A stretch of 64,000 bases of DNA, the filler included, from Gonapodya sp. JEL0774 (lineage: Eukaryota): NCBI GenBank assembly GCA_027604505.1. It is 7 parts of 7 records of this genome, joined end to end, with 100 filler letters (N's around TTAATTAATTAA, not from the genome) between each part and the next. Parts side by side here need not be neighbours in the genome. Positions count along the whole stretch, not along the records: positions 9,511 to 18,894 come from JADIIX010000414.1; positions 18,995 to 28,343 come from JADIIX010000415.1; 5 more parts are not named here. One strand, 5' to 3'. Shown piece after piece: positions 11,480 through 24,571 of this stretch. Both the position numbers and the translations under genes were made by a program. Each line of letters begins with the position of its first letter. The stretch's first letter is position 1. The notes beneath the pieces were generated by a model. The model was not told the DNA's origin. It saw nothing but the letters and a program-made list of their open reading frames with translations, and made no database searches.

Positions 11480-14400
11480 CTCCCCCATCTTCCATGTACT
11501 CGTCGATTACCACCTTTTCTGTGAACTTATCTGCTGCCGACGCGGAGGGTGTTCCCGTGTCAGCAAACACGAGATGAGGAATACTAAAATGATGTTGATG
11601 AATGTAAGCGTACTTCAGAGATATCACTTCCTAGCGTGCCCAAGTCACAACTCACGATGGCAGTTTGTTGATAATATTATTCCACTTCTTCATAATCTTC
11701 AGTGCGGGGCGAACTTTCCTGATCCAGGGTTTGTCCGCACTTGGGCCTTCTTCACCTTCGAGTGGCTTGTACCACTCTGGCAGACTCTCGGTGGACTGCC
11801 ACCCCTCCGAAAACCATGACCCGTCATCCAAGTACTGGGAGTCCGATGATTTCTCGTTGGCAATTGGATCTTGTTGGGTGATTTCGCGCCGTATCACATC
11901 ATGTGTTTTGGAGGGTGCTTTCAGGGCAGTTGGATATAAAGCGTACACGCAATCCGCCATTTCATCCCAGCCTTCCCAGTGGACATAAACAGTCCAGATA
12001 GGTACGTGGCCTTTCGTCTTTGAGATGATGTACGCTGGGATATACCAGCAAATCCTTGCTCGTGAGAAACCATTGCGGGCTCGCGCGTACACATGACTTC
12101 CGTAAGGTAGATTGAATGGAAACTCCGCTGGCATCGCGAGAATCCCGATCGGTGATGCCACTGTAAGTTGTTGGAGAGGAGCGTCGGGTGATTCGTTGTC
12201 GGCCATCTCCGACTGGGGGGTAGAGTCTCTGCCATCTCTTGAGCCACTTGGTTGACCGTGTCTCATAGGTCCCTTACCGCGTCCAGAGATCCTCCCACGG
12301 CTGGACATCCCAAGATCAACTGACGACGCAGGTTCTGAATCATAGTCGCTGGAGTCCTCACTGTCATCGACTGTTCCCAACGATGACGACGAATCCTTTC
12401 TCATGTTCGAAACGGCTCCACCTCGAGATCCTCGCCCGCGTCCGCGTGGCCGACCGCCACCACGGCCCCGGCCCCGTGTAGATTTGACCTTTTTCACATC
12501 TTCCGGCATTTCCGCCACATCTTCCTCCACCGAGTCTTCCTCCATCGCAACTGGCGATCTTACTTGATTGGAGGGCTCTACGACTAGTGCCGATGCAGCA
12601 CTCAAATCCAAAGCGGCGGCGAAGGGTGATGATTCTTCAATTTGACTCTTGAGAGATGCCGTGAGCGTTTCACCCCGAGACTTCGACCCCGTCCCCCTGG
12701 CGCCACGACTGGGGACACGACTGATCGATTGACCTCTTCCTCTACCGCGTCCTCGAGTAGTCAAAGTCGAAGGAAGTGCACTCGGGCTGAGGTTTTCATC
12801 TTCAGTAGGTTCTTGAGTGAGAGTTGCGTAGCCCAAAATGGGCGGTTTATCGGCAAGAGTCTCGCTCGACACATTGTCATGCAAATCTGAAACCTGCACT
12901 TGATCGGGACCGAAAGGTGCTCCCAGTGGCGCAGCTTGCTCCACAGATTCGTCCAAACGGGCTGTCACCACGTTTGACCCACGTCCCCGACCTCGTGGCC
13001 TGCCACGTGGACGTCCACGACCTCGCACTCCTCGACCAGACCCACGGGCACGCTTTGCCTGGGGTTCGTCCGTTGACATGTAGTCGTCCACACTTCCGGC
13101 CCCGGGCATCTCCCCAGGCGACATGGCCTCCGGTAGTGCGTCCGGTATTTCCTCGTCTATTGGTGTCGTTGGAAGATCAACCATTTCAGTGTCAAGAGAA
13201 GGATCCGCGAGAATGTCAGGAGACGTGACGTTTGCGAGGGGAGCGGCTGAGAAAACTTCCGATTCTGCCCAATCCGATACATGGGTATCATCATCTAGGT
13301 AGTACCTGACGCGGAGTGCAAAGCTGACATCACTCGGCACTTCGGTGGAACTTGCGGTCAGCCCAATTTCGTCTTCCCGCGGACGTTTTGAGGAGCTTCC
13401 TCTGCCACGTCCCCTGCCACGACCGACACCTCTACCTCGACCCACTCCTCCTCTAACAGTTGTTGATTCTGCTGCAGTAGTAGGTGACACAGTTCCGACA
13501 ACACCGCTGTGGGCGAATATTTCCAGAGCGCGCCACAAATCAGACAACCGTACTGTGACTGAACCTCCATCGTCAGTTATCGAAGGTGCCGCTTCAAGTT
13601 CGACCCAGATGTCAGATATTGCCAGTCGCGCAGATACTTCATAGTTGGCAGTTGGAGCACCACCTTGTACCTTCCAAGCTGCTTCTACATTCGCATCGGC
13701 AACGCGAACTGTCAAGTGTTCGGGGGGTGGAAGTGGTGGAGGTGGACGAAGGGTTATTTCGAGCGACCAAAAGTCATCTCGAGGCAGGGACCTTTGAGAT
13801 GGGGCGTGGATGCGAGTCCCGCCGAAGCTGAACATTTTGGACCCAATCTGGGGACCAGCGATGAATCAACACGTTGTTGAAACCAACATGAATTTCGAAC
13901 CATACCAGAACGGACGCATGATTGGCAACCGCTCCACCAAGTGATTGAGAGTTTTGATCACTTTGGAGTTGCGTCCATCCGCCAGTCTCCAAGTCAAGGG
14001 CCCACATATCGTCCGCCAGTTTCCACTTGGCGACACGCCCTCGAATACTGCCCAATTGAGCGGAAGTCGTTTCTGTTGACGTCGGTGCTTCAGCATCCGA
14101 TGTCGCGACTCGTTTACTTTCCTGCACTTCATTTGCGGTAACGGTCCTACTTGCGAATTCTGGTCCGTCAGAAACCCAACCGCCATGCACTACCATGGTT
14201 GATCCGATTACATGAGCTGCATGAAGTGATCGAGGTGGTGGTACTGGAGAGTCGGTGGGCGGTTCCAGTGGCCTGGGTGGAAGCACTTGCCCATCTACCC
14301 GCGAGATGAGTCATTCCGTCACGAGCAATACGACCTTCACTAATGAAGCCCCTACATACCTCTACCAATATCAAAAATCCACACATCATTGCATTTCATT

Positions 14401-15274
14401 GCACCTGTCAGCCCCACCTCGCCACCAAATATTACAACCGAGCGGTTGCCACTGTCCTGTTCCCACAACACCGCAGAGTGGCTTTCCCGTGGCATAGGCC
14501 AAGTCGGTGTTTTGGTAGTGCAGACCCACTCATGCGTTTCCAGGGAATATATCCACACGTCGTTGTGGAGTTCGTGTTTAACATCGCAGCCACCAAAAAG
14601 CATCAATGTGGTAGGAGGAACAAAAGTGAGGGAGCATCCAAACGTTGGCGTGGGAATCACTGTGGAAGATGCGGTGGCCATGGTACTTAGCGAAAAGGTG
14701 GGAATGTGCAACTTCAGTAACTGTTTGGGGAATCCGTTCAGCATGTAAGATCACACTCTCCAGGGGACGGCTCCTTGCATGCTCACTCACACGAGGATTC
14801 ATTACATCATATGATTCTTTTTCCTCAATACCTCCAAAAATGAAGACATCCTCGACTGCCGTCGCGCACGCAAATGCAGCAAGAGAAGAGGGTACAACCT
14901 CCTCAGGACCAACACCTTCTTTGGACTGGATTTTCAACACGTCCCACGAATTTGCACCTTAAAGGAGGGCAAGAGGGTTAGATCTCGTAAACGGGCCTCG
15001 AATCAACGGACGTTGAGAACATAATGGACTCACCGAAGTCAAAAGCCCATACATCATTCCGCAAGCCATCACCGTCAGCCCCACCCCAAAGAACAATCAT
15101 TTTCATATGATTCAACTTGGTTTTAGGTGTTCCACTGGCGTTGACCGGTTTCCAGTTCCTGTCTACCAGGATAGCACGATGGCCATGCCGCGATCCAGGG
15201 CCATTCGTTCCGGATTTCGTGGGCAAAGTCGAAATTAGAGATGTTTTGAAATGGAAGGGACTTTGGCTCGACAT
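11480..15274 (-). CDS. Host cell factor (HCF-1)-like kelch + FN3 protein with RG/AT-hook repeats and C-terminal Tudor-knot-like domain (3' end approximate)
   Basis: Kelch blades SRHGHRA..VLWGG, PRESHSAV..VIFGG, PRSLHAA..VHGGW; DDFWSLE..PPPP leading into FN3 strands; RGRPRGRP; VYVHWEGWDEMAD. Confidence 0.8.
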
Positions 15275-15505
15275 CCCTGATGTATAGGCAGCCAGTGTTT
15301 GGGGCTGGCTAGCTAGGTCACCATGTAATGTTGCTAGTGTCGTGCGGACGTGCGCACTCCCTCCAATTGACTGGATCATAAATACGTCTCAATCGTCAGT
15401 GATACTTGCAAAGTATCTCGCATTCATAATAATTACAATTCGATAAGTCTATGGAGTGCCTCAAATGACGTTCACTGCTAATGCAGTGTGGCCTGAAGAA
15501 TCAGA

Positions 15506-16867
15506 TTACTTGGGCTGTTGCGAAGAGGGGAAAAGTCGGTGAGCTTACAAATGTATACAGGAAGTGCAATTCAGTATTCCGACTCACGGGTGCAATCTCC
15601 CACACGACACGGAAAATGTTGACAATAAGACACGCTCCGACGACAACAATGGAGACTGTACATGAAGGAAAGTTAGCAAAAAGGATTCACTGGAGACAAT
15701 CATGCATTCTCGCTTACAGAAGAGAGACGCCATATCCAGTTGGGTTCCAATGGGGGGAGTGTTGGGGGCGGCGTTACGGATGTTAGGCAGTGCGAATAGA
15801 AGAGCCGCGCCGAGAGCTACAGGTTCAAAAATCACGAATTCAATTGCATCAAGCACCTTCGCTCATCTAAAAAGGCCCTCAGACTACACTCACCAACCAG
15901 AGGCAACTCAATTTTTCTCCCCTTGAACCTCACATCCGAGGTAACGAGACCGTAGGCCAATGTCACTCCCCACATGATAACCACCGTCACGATGGTAAAG
16001 AACTTTGTGGTGAAACTACGGCCTACTATGATGTCAAGCTCGTAGAAGTAGATACCCGCGGCCTCGTTGGTGGCGTCAAGTGGATTCACCACGGCGTCGA
16101 CACTGTACGTGCCAAGCTGTCCTGAAAACGAAAATCCAAGGGGAATAAGGTTGAAGGTGGTGGCCGTTATGGGAGCGTCGGAGGCGAACACAACGAATTG
16201 TGCAATGTGTTGATCGAAGGGAAACAGAGATGGGTCACCATCTACCGTGGCGACGACGTCAAGGGCAGGCTGAACCGTGGTAGCGTCAAATTTCCTGACC
16301 GTATCGGCTGCCAGTTAGAAGCGTGAGTACTTTGCCGTAGATCAGGATAGAAAATCGGGTGTGCGTTATCACCTGCATAAATAGTCACATTGGCAATTCC
16401 GAGAGAATTAAACTTCCCAAGGGTATTAAACTAAGGACGGGCAATACAACGAACAGCGGCAGTTAGGTTTGCATCTGTAGGTTGACAAACCACGGCAACC
16501 ATCTAAAATGTGTGAACTCGTACTCACCCGAAATCTGTAAGACAGCTTGGCTGCGAAAACATCAATAGTCGTGAACGTTGCGATAATTTGCAGGCCATCC
16601 ACATGAAGAGTATTGTTCTGTAAACCGACAATAACAGGGTCCGCCTTCGGGTCATCGCTAAGGTAGCAGACGTCTCCCGCCACGCAGTCTTTGGGCGCCC
16701 GTTTGGGGTATACGGCTAAGAGCAGATGTGAGTCGAGAACGGTAACATGTGAGTGAGTGCCATCAGTGAGTGCACGAAAACATAGTGAGGAACCGGCGCC
16801 AAATTGGATGCACATCCAAAGTTCGTGGATTTTGTATGTCCGTGCTTGAAAGCTCGTTCCACGACAT
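15506..16867 (-). CDS. DUF4436-like membrane protein, paralog B
   Basis: MSWNE..HPIWRR start; GDPSLFPFDQH; LDIIVGRS followed by a TM helix; ALGAALLFALPNIRNAAPNTPPIGTQLDMASLF; clearly homologous to paralog A. Confidence 0.8.
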
Positions 16868-18377
16868 AAAAGCATCTCACTTCAAGGTATCACATCACCT
16901 GCACTCACCAAACTTCTGGTATGCCCAGTTGGTTACTCCCACCGCAACAGCCAGGAGAATTCTGCATCAGCCCCGAGTCAAGTGATAGCGTAGCGGCGAA
17001 AATGCCCAAGAGAATAGACAAGGTCATAGATACGCCAGAGACAACGTTTAAAATGAGCAACAAAGCATGCACTAGGTTTGGGATTTGTGAGGGAAAAATG
17101 GCAGTCGTCACCGAGACTCACAAAAGAACAAGGGGGACCATCCGCCGCCATATGGGAACACTTGGAGCCATAGTTGATGCACACGAGGGGATCGAGGGAG
17201 CAGTTGTGGGGGGGGCACAAAGAGAATTGCGAGTTTCCTCCGAAGGTAGTTTTCTAGGAACTGTTCTTCGAAGGCCTCACAATTGGCGCCACACCGTCCA
17301 CATCCAAAAAAAAGAATCACTCTGCACATCAGATGGAACTGACAGGGCGGGGAACCATGGAAGAACGAAACAGAACTTGCAATGTGAGACTCGGCTGTTG
17401 ATAGAGTGTTATGGTTCTCTGTCGCTGCTTCTATCAAAACTTTGGGCCTCGCCACCACTGCCACCGACCGGTGCGCCGATCTGCACGCATCTTTCAATGC
17501 TTGGCAGTGAGACCAGAGTCTGTACGTATTACCTTGTTGAGACCACTACCTCTGTGGTACCATTCTGAACCTCCCAATCGGCGCCCGCTTCAGATCAGAG
17601 TGTAACAGTGTAGAGAGTGAAGGCTAAATTCTCGGATTCAATAGATGACAGAAAACAGTGTGAGCATCCCGTTACCCGTAGAGTTCTCGAACGAAACCTA
17701 CCACAACGAGAGCAGCGGGTAACCATGTGCATGTGCATATGTATTGAGTGTGACATCTGGCACAAAAGCCGGCCGGGATGAAACAAGAGTTGTAACCTCT
17801 GGCATGTCACTTCGGTGTGACGCCTCCAGGCGGCATAGGTGACAAAGACAAGACTCATTGTCTTTGTAACACTGGGCACATTCAGATTGTACAGGGTGAT
17901 CTACCGACTGAGCAGTGGGCATGGGATCTGGCATATCCCGCATGTCAACATGAGTTCCACCTGCTCAACACTGATGGTTGCAACGAAATTTTGGGGAAAA
18001 ACAACCCACTAAAACTATCGTTGACTTGATCGATGTGTCTTTGATGTACGTACACGATGATGGATGAGAAAGGTTTACAGTCACCTGTTCACTTCGGACC
18101 GTCGCGTGCACTCGGAGGCCAACTGAGCATGGTATGTAGTTTTTGAGACCTTCGTCTAGACGTCTACTCTCCAGCCATCAAGATTTGGATTCGTACATGG
18201 ATTGATATTGTGAATCTTTTCGATACCCGGCACACTTGCTCATCAGAATGGCACATCATATATATATCAAGCTCAGTTCATATCAGCGAATACATTATTC
18301 TCGGACAAAAGCTGTGCCCCCGATTGACTGGCAATTCCGAAATACGCTGCTATTAACATTAACACCAATGATTCATA

Positions 18378-18692
18378 TCATTCTTCATCCCAGAACTTGC
18401 TTTTGTCCATGAGTGGCTTCTTAATTGCCGCATTCTCGGTCATTTGCCGGACGTACGCCGTCTTCCGACTTTCCTTCTTTCCCTTGCCCCTCCGAATTCT
18501 CCATATAAGCAGTACCAACCCGACAGTTAGTCCAAGGCCAAGAAGAGCTGCCCCGACGATGATGCCTACGAGGCGGCCAGTGGGGGATATGTTAAATGGT
18601 GTCGGTGTTGGGTTAATATAGTCCGTCTTGGCTGTCGGGTCCTGGGCAAAGACGGCCGGAATGAGGAGGATTTGGAACAGGCAGATGAACAT
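18378..18692 (-). CDS. Small type I single-pass membrane protein (104 aa)
   Basis: Signal peptide MFICLFQILLIPAVFA|Q, short Thr/Pro-rich ectodomain, TM GIIVGAALLGLGLTVGLVLLIW, basic stop-transfer RIRRGKGKK. Confidence 0.7.
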   Translation of the reverse strand: MFICLFQILLIPAVFAQDPTAKTDYINPTPTPFNISPTGRLVGIIVGAALLGLGLTVGLVLLIWRIRRGKGKKESRKTAYVRQMTENAAIKKPLMDKSKFWDEE

Positions 18693-18894
18693 CGTCTCCA
18701 GAATGTAAGAGGGTGTGGACCAGATGAACCGTGGGGCCCGGGAATCCGACGAGGACTCCTCCAGCCGAATTGCCATCTCTCGATGAGATTAATTTTGTCA
18801 CAGCGTGTTGCCATCAGCCACCAGAATGGACATTTCATTTACATCGAGAGGTGGGGAGTGGATTGGAGCGCTCGATCGAGTCAGAGTTTGCTAA

Positions 18895-18994
18895 NNNNNN
18901 NNNNNNNNNNNNNNNNNNNNNNNNNNNNNNNNNNNNNNTTAATTAATTAANNNNNNNNNNNNNNNNNNNNNNNNNNNNNNNNNNNNNNNNNNNN
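18895..18994. other. Artificial contig-joining linker
   Basis: N-TTAATTAATTAA-N, 100 nt. Confidence 0.97.
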
Positions 18995-21459
18995 ACAGTA
19001 CTTTGAATTGGTGGTGATGGGGCTCCATTTGCTCCTCACGCGGTTCTTGCTAGATGTGGAGATGCCGTGGACGTGGATGGGGACATCGGTGCGCTACCCT
19101 CTGCATTTGATGATCACTCTCCGTCATATCGTACTGCGAAATGATTGAATCGGTGCTCCGCACCTAGTGACGTGGAGGCATAAGTTTGGATGGACGATGT
19201 CATACAGTTTGCTCAGTTTTACTAATCGCAGTTTGTTGTTTGAGTCTTCAATGGAGTTATCTTTCGTAATGAGCTTTTGATATATGAACTCGATATCAAA
19301 TTCTTCTTGAATCACCTCACCGCCAAGGGGAGAGAACATGACCTGACCGGCTGATTAAATTGCTTTCGTTCTTCATCTCTGTCATCACACTATGATCGAC
19401 CCCTCGCCTTACAACGCGCATGAGGCGCTGGGCGACATTGTTACCTTGGAACGAAAATATTTTCGGGAAGGCGGTATGATACTGTTGACGCACCGAGCGG
19501 GCCGAGCAAGCGAGTCGCGGCGCAACAACATATAAGCAGGATGTGTGACGTGATAACCGAGCATATACAGTCATTTCAAACCCAAGCGCCAAATTCTGCA
19601 GCGTACATGAGCACTGAAGGAGACTTGTCTGAACAGGACCGTGCGATGCTATGAGGAAGCTTTATTCAATATGCAAATTAAACGGAGCGAAGAGACGCAA
19701 AGTGAAGTTCGACAACTTAGCAAGCGTTATGCCCGCTAAATGACTAGCTCAAGCTAGAAGTACCCTCCTTCGTAAATGGAGCGACCTTGTGATATCGTCG
19801 TATTGCAATAACCTTAGGGTATATGCTCGCCACTGCGGGGCTGGGAGCGCGTTTCACTGAGACTTTCCTTCGAGAGATGGCGATGAGCAAGTACTGAAAT
19901 AGTAGGGTTGCACCATACGGGACTCGCTTGCTTCGTTGACAATACATAATGCAGAACCCGTTTTATCGGCTCCAGCGTCATCACTGATACTCCCAATTTT
20001 GCGAAGGTGCACTGATTGGAATCGCCAGTATCAAAGATTGTCCTTATCCGTGATCACTTAGCTGCCTCCAAAAGTGCACAGACCGTTAGCCTGCCCAATA
20101 TTTGATCAAGAGCCTCTTGCACCTCTACTGTTCAAGCTGTCAAACGATTCCAACAAAGTCCGGTCGCAAAGCCAGAGGCCTGCCTTGCCATCAACGTCAA
20201 GCTGGACACATCTGAGTATCTGTCAATGCATGGCTCCTTCCCCGAGTGTGGTCTTCGGTTCGCAACCCCCATGCTCGGACAGAATACCCCGAGAACGCAA
20301 CACTACTATCCGAGAATCTCAGCAGAATCGTGCTTTGGAGAGATGGAGGATCATGGCTGGCATTCGGGAAGCGCAAATTGTTACCTTCTGCGGGACAACC
20401 TTGTGCGCGGTCCCGACATGCTCTCTTGCTTATGCAGTACACGATGAAGTCAGCGAATCTTCCACGAGAAATCACGATAGACACAAGATGTCTTCTTGAG
20501 CTGTTGTGTTCATCTGAGCGGGTTCATTTCGGCAACGACATTCCGAGTGCCTCCTTCTCTCTCTTTCCCCGGTGACCTTCCAAGCGGCGAATCACAGACA
20601 TGTATCCCTCAAAAGCATGTTCATACAGTTTTTGAAATTCCCTCTCTGCCAAAGAGTCTCTGACAACACTGGGATCGGGATCGTTCAACCCGACCGGCAC
20701 CAAATCCTCGTATGATGCTTTCGCATTCGCCTTATGATGTCGGCACTCCTCTGTCACCTCTTTTGGCTATGATTCGTCAGCGAACAATGACCTTTGAGAG
20801 TCTTCGATGCCTGTCCGCAGCAATTTTCTAACCGATGACGTCTGCAAGTAGCTGACGCGCGATGCCAAAAGATGCCGAAAGACCTCGACCCGCCGCCCAA
20901 TTCCTGAAAACCTGCCATGAGATCCAGTGCGAGTGGCGTCCCCGGCGATAGAACCGGTTCTGCCACGATTGTGAGGACGGTGACTCGGTGGGCGACGCAG
21001 GGAATTGCTGCGACATGGACCAGCTGGAATCCACAGAATGGCCTTTGTGCATCTGAAATAGTTCTGAGACTTTGTTGGAGTATGAATGCGTCTCGGACAA
21101 CAGAATTCCAGTGATCTAGAGTCCATACGCAACTGCCTTGATAGTCGCTCCGGCATGCGGGACTCTCCAGGGAGCGAACAGTCCGCGCTCTGGATTGTGG
21201 AAAGGCGGTTGATTGACTTCGCGGACCGGAACATGGAGTGGCACTTTGTAGGGGATGGTTCATTCACTGATATTGTGGTGATGCTGTGGGACCACGATAA
21301 CAAGAGGCAAAGTCTATTTTATAACCGAATAATGTAGAAGCATTTAGAAATCTTATTACACTTTTGTTCTAATCATATTGTCGTTTACGTTGCGATTTTG
21401 TGGATATTGCTGAGATGACGTAACAATGCGAGGGACGACGCCCGACTCATAGGGCATAC

Positions 21460-24400
21460 TCATTCACAATTTCTTCGCCGACTACCCAGGATTACACTCA
21501 AAAGTCCGCAGTTCCTACCCTCTCCAGGCATGGGTATAATCCTCACGAAACTTGGACCTTCAATGGAGAAACATCGGTGGACGCTTCTCTCGTTCTCTCC
21601 CTTGAGGACGATATCAGCTTCCCGTGGGTCCAATACCACGCTGCCACCGCCCATGTTGATGAGCATCAAGACGTGTGTGAGCCAGGAAGTCCGTGACTCC
21701 CCTCGAACTTGAGAGGTGAAAAAGAATCGCCGGCAGGCAAAGGGACTGAAAGATTTGACCATTGTAAGTCGCAAAAATTATCCTCATTGCTGACGGGAAG
21801 TGGAAACAACTAGGAGCACACTTAGTTTTAGAACAATAGCCGCCAAAGGTATGTTCCTCAAGCCACTTGTTTCAGCGATATGGGTGGTTGCATGTACACT
21901 AAACTCACGTTTGGCAAGCTGGGATCTAAGTTTAGACTCACTTTTCGCAGGACTCAAGTATCCAGCTGAGAGAATTGATGATCCATTTCCCCGAAACAAG
22001 AGCAACAAAGTAACGTAGCGTTTGGCAGCTTGGAGGTGCAACGACGTGTGTCACGGGAGTGGCGATGTCCACCTCATCGACTACGAGGCCTCCAAGAGCA
22101 CGGACTGCCTTACGATAGTGACATCTTCAACGCAGGTGTCCAGGTCTCAGCGCCAGTGAAACCCGTAAACGAAACCACCGGGGTTGAGACCGTCGCAGAA
22201 GGTGATGCAGCTACTGTAATCGAATGAAGTGATAGTCATCAATTGTAGGGATCAATCATCCGAACGAAAGAGTGATGGGCAATGAACGAAGATCTTACTT
22301 GATTTATCCCCCTTTGGAGCTCCCGCACCTGCCCCAAAATTAGAACCAGCAGAGATTCATTTGAGTCATGTATGCCAAAATGGGAGCAGGCAGGCGGATC
22401 AAAACACGACGAACCTCTCTTCTGTATACTCTTCTCAAAGTTTCGGGCATGGGCACTGACAGCGGAAGTCGTCTTATTGAAGAACGTGTTTTGCGGCCGT
22501 GGTGGCAGCAGATGCGATTGGTTCGCGGAACGTGTTTCGGGACTCACGCACTTCGAACACGTCCCAGTCAAGGGAGGGCGAACATTCACCTCCGGATGCG
22601 TCACTCCTGCGTGGTGCCAAAGGGGGTAACTTCGTTACCTGACACACCTCGGGGGTTTCCTGTGTGAGTGGCGGCGTACGCGGAAGTCCGATCATGACCG
22701 AGGATTTAGCTTCGGTAAGTTTGGTAGAAGCTTGGGGAGAAGTTAAGGGCTGCAGGGACGAGATTATATCACACGATAATTGGGAGGCTTTCGATGTTGT
22801 TTCTTTCGTAGGAGGTGACGAGGCTTGTACCGACGGATTAGCGGAGTCCAATGCTGGAGAAGTTCTTGAGTTTACCGAAGTCCGACGTTGCACGATTTCT
22901 AATGCCCTGACTCGGATGCCAGCGATTCATTTTCCTTGAACAGTGCTGTTATTCGCTCCTTCGTTAGAGCCTCCTTTACTTCGGCCTCGGTTGCGCGAAT
23001 CTCGCTCTCCGCACTCCGGCACTCTCGTTCCCTTTCCAGGAACGATCTGAGCATGGCAACTTCCTGAGAATGCCTTTGAAGAGCCGACTTGAGGAGAGAA
23101 ACTTCGTTGCCGGACGACGCAAGCTCGGCAGAAAGACGAGCGTATTCAAGCGTATTCATTGACGACGGACTGAATGCGGGGCGGAAAGTTTACAGCGGAC
23201 GTTTAGCGCAGTCCTTCCGCTTCCATCACACGAACCTTGAAGTCACAGGCGCAACCTGAAGACGTGAATACGTGCTCTTTGTGCGATACCGTCCGTTGTT
23301 GCTGTAGTGGTTGATCAGCTTGGGCATAATGGTCGCCCGAACAAGATCGAGGTTTGAGAACTGAGCTTGAGCTAAGTTTGAGAACACCGGCAGAAAAGCT
23401 TTTCATGTTCGGCTTGGGCAAAGACTTCATTTCCGGGTGAGAAGACAAGTCACCAGAAAGAACTGAGAAATATCGAGCGTGTGTTCGATTAAAGAATTCC
23501 ACTGTACAACAAAATCGGAGCGTAATCACCTTAGGGTCAAAAGCAATTGAGTTATATGATTCGGCAGACTCCATGAGTACCAGTAAAGCGCCAAAGCGGG
23601 GAGGTCGGTGTCATGAAGAAGCATAAAGCGAGTTAGAATCTTTGGGCTGGCATGGGCACCAATAGAAAGGTCGCTTTCGTTAGGTAAGCCCGTCGAACGA
23701 CACAATGTGCACCAATTCAATTCAATGTCACATCTACGCTGGTAGAAGTCCCATCCAAGGATCCTATAGGGCAGCAGTTTCTCAATCGCATGATTGCATC
23801 CATTGCTCGCAAGAACTTGTTGATCGAAACCAAAAGATCCTGTCTCCCGCTCTTTGCTCTGTTTCGGAGTGCTGAGTACAAACTCACAGGTGTTACTGCA
23901 GGGGGTAGAGCAATATTCCTTTCCAACGCCGCAAACAAAGTGACGAGGGATTGATGTGTGCAGGCAAGATCGATAATGGCAGAGAAGAGGACTCGGATCT
24001 CTCAAGGCGATCAAGACGAGAGATACAACGAAGATCCGAGTTCAAATTCGCATAGATTTACTTCAGTTGGATTACCGCCCTGGGATTGCGGGGAAGATTG
24101 AAGAACTCCAACACCCGCATATTCCGAGAAGGACGGAGATCGGAGAGATAGGAGAGATCGGAGACAAATACCTTGCTCACTTAGCAATTGATGCGACTGG
24201 TGACGATGATAGCTGATTCGGGTAGCTGTCTGCTTGGAGAGACAGCTTGCATCTGCTCCGGCCCTGGTTCCACAAGTGAAGACAGTCCGAGTCCGTGCAC
24301 TGACTGCGGTCGGACCCAAAGGGATCCCTATCCGACTTCACTGGCGATCTTCTGCTAATTCCAGTCCTTGAATGACTCCGCCACGGACATGTTGAATGAG

Positions 24401-24500
24401 CGTGACCCAGATGAGAGCGTGATTGTGACCTTTGAAGAAGCGATTGGAAAAGCTGGCGTTTCCCGGCTAGCAGGAGCGGGATCGGCTCATCGAGGGACAT
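21460..24500 (-). pseudogene. Coiled-coil + tandem BRCT protein gene disrupted by indels (boundaries approximate)
   Basis: BRCT1 VVSFTGF..KAVRALGG..VTHVVAPP..QTLRYFVALVSGKWII..SWILES; BRCT2 FFF..LINMGGGSVV..ADIVL. Frame breaks at 23139-23158 (10-bp duplication), ~22914 (-1) and ~22112 (+1). Confidence 0.65.
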
Positions 24501-24571
24501 CAGCTCTCAAGGTGCGTGCAAAATCGTGCTGACAGACGGACGGGTCTGGTCACAGCAGAGGTCAAGAGACG

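Noticed and set aside
16900..18050. Cys-containing short ORFs upstream of DUF4436-like paralog B
   Set aside because: No coherent exon chain or motif
18995..21300. Fragmentary minus-strand ORFs with splice-like signals
   Set aside because: Could not assemble a consistent gene or recognise a family
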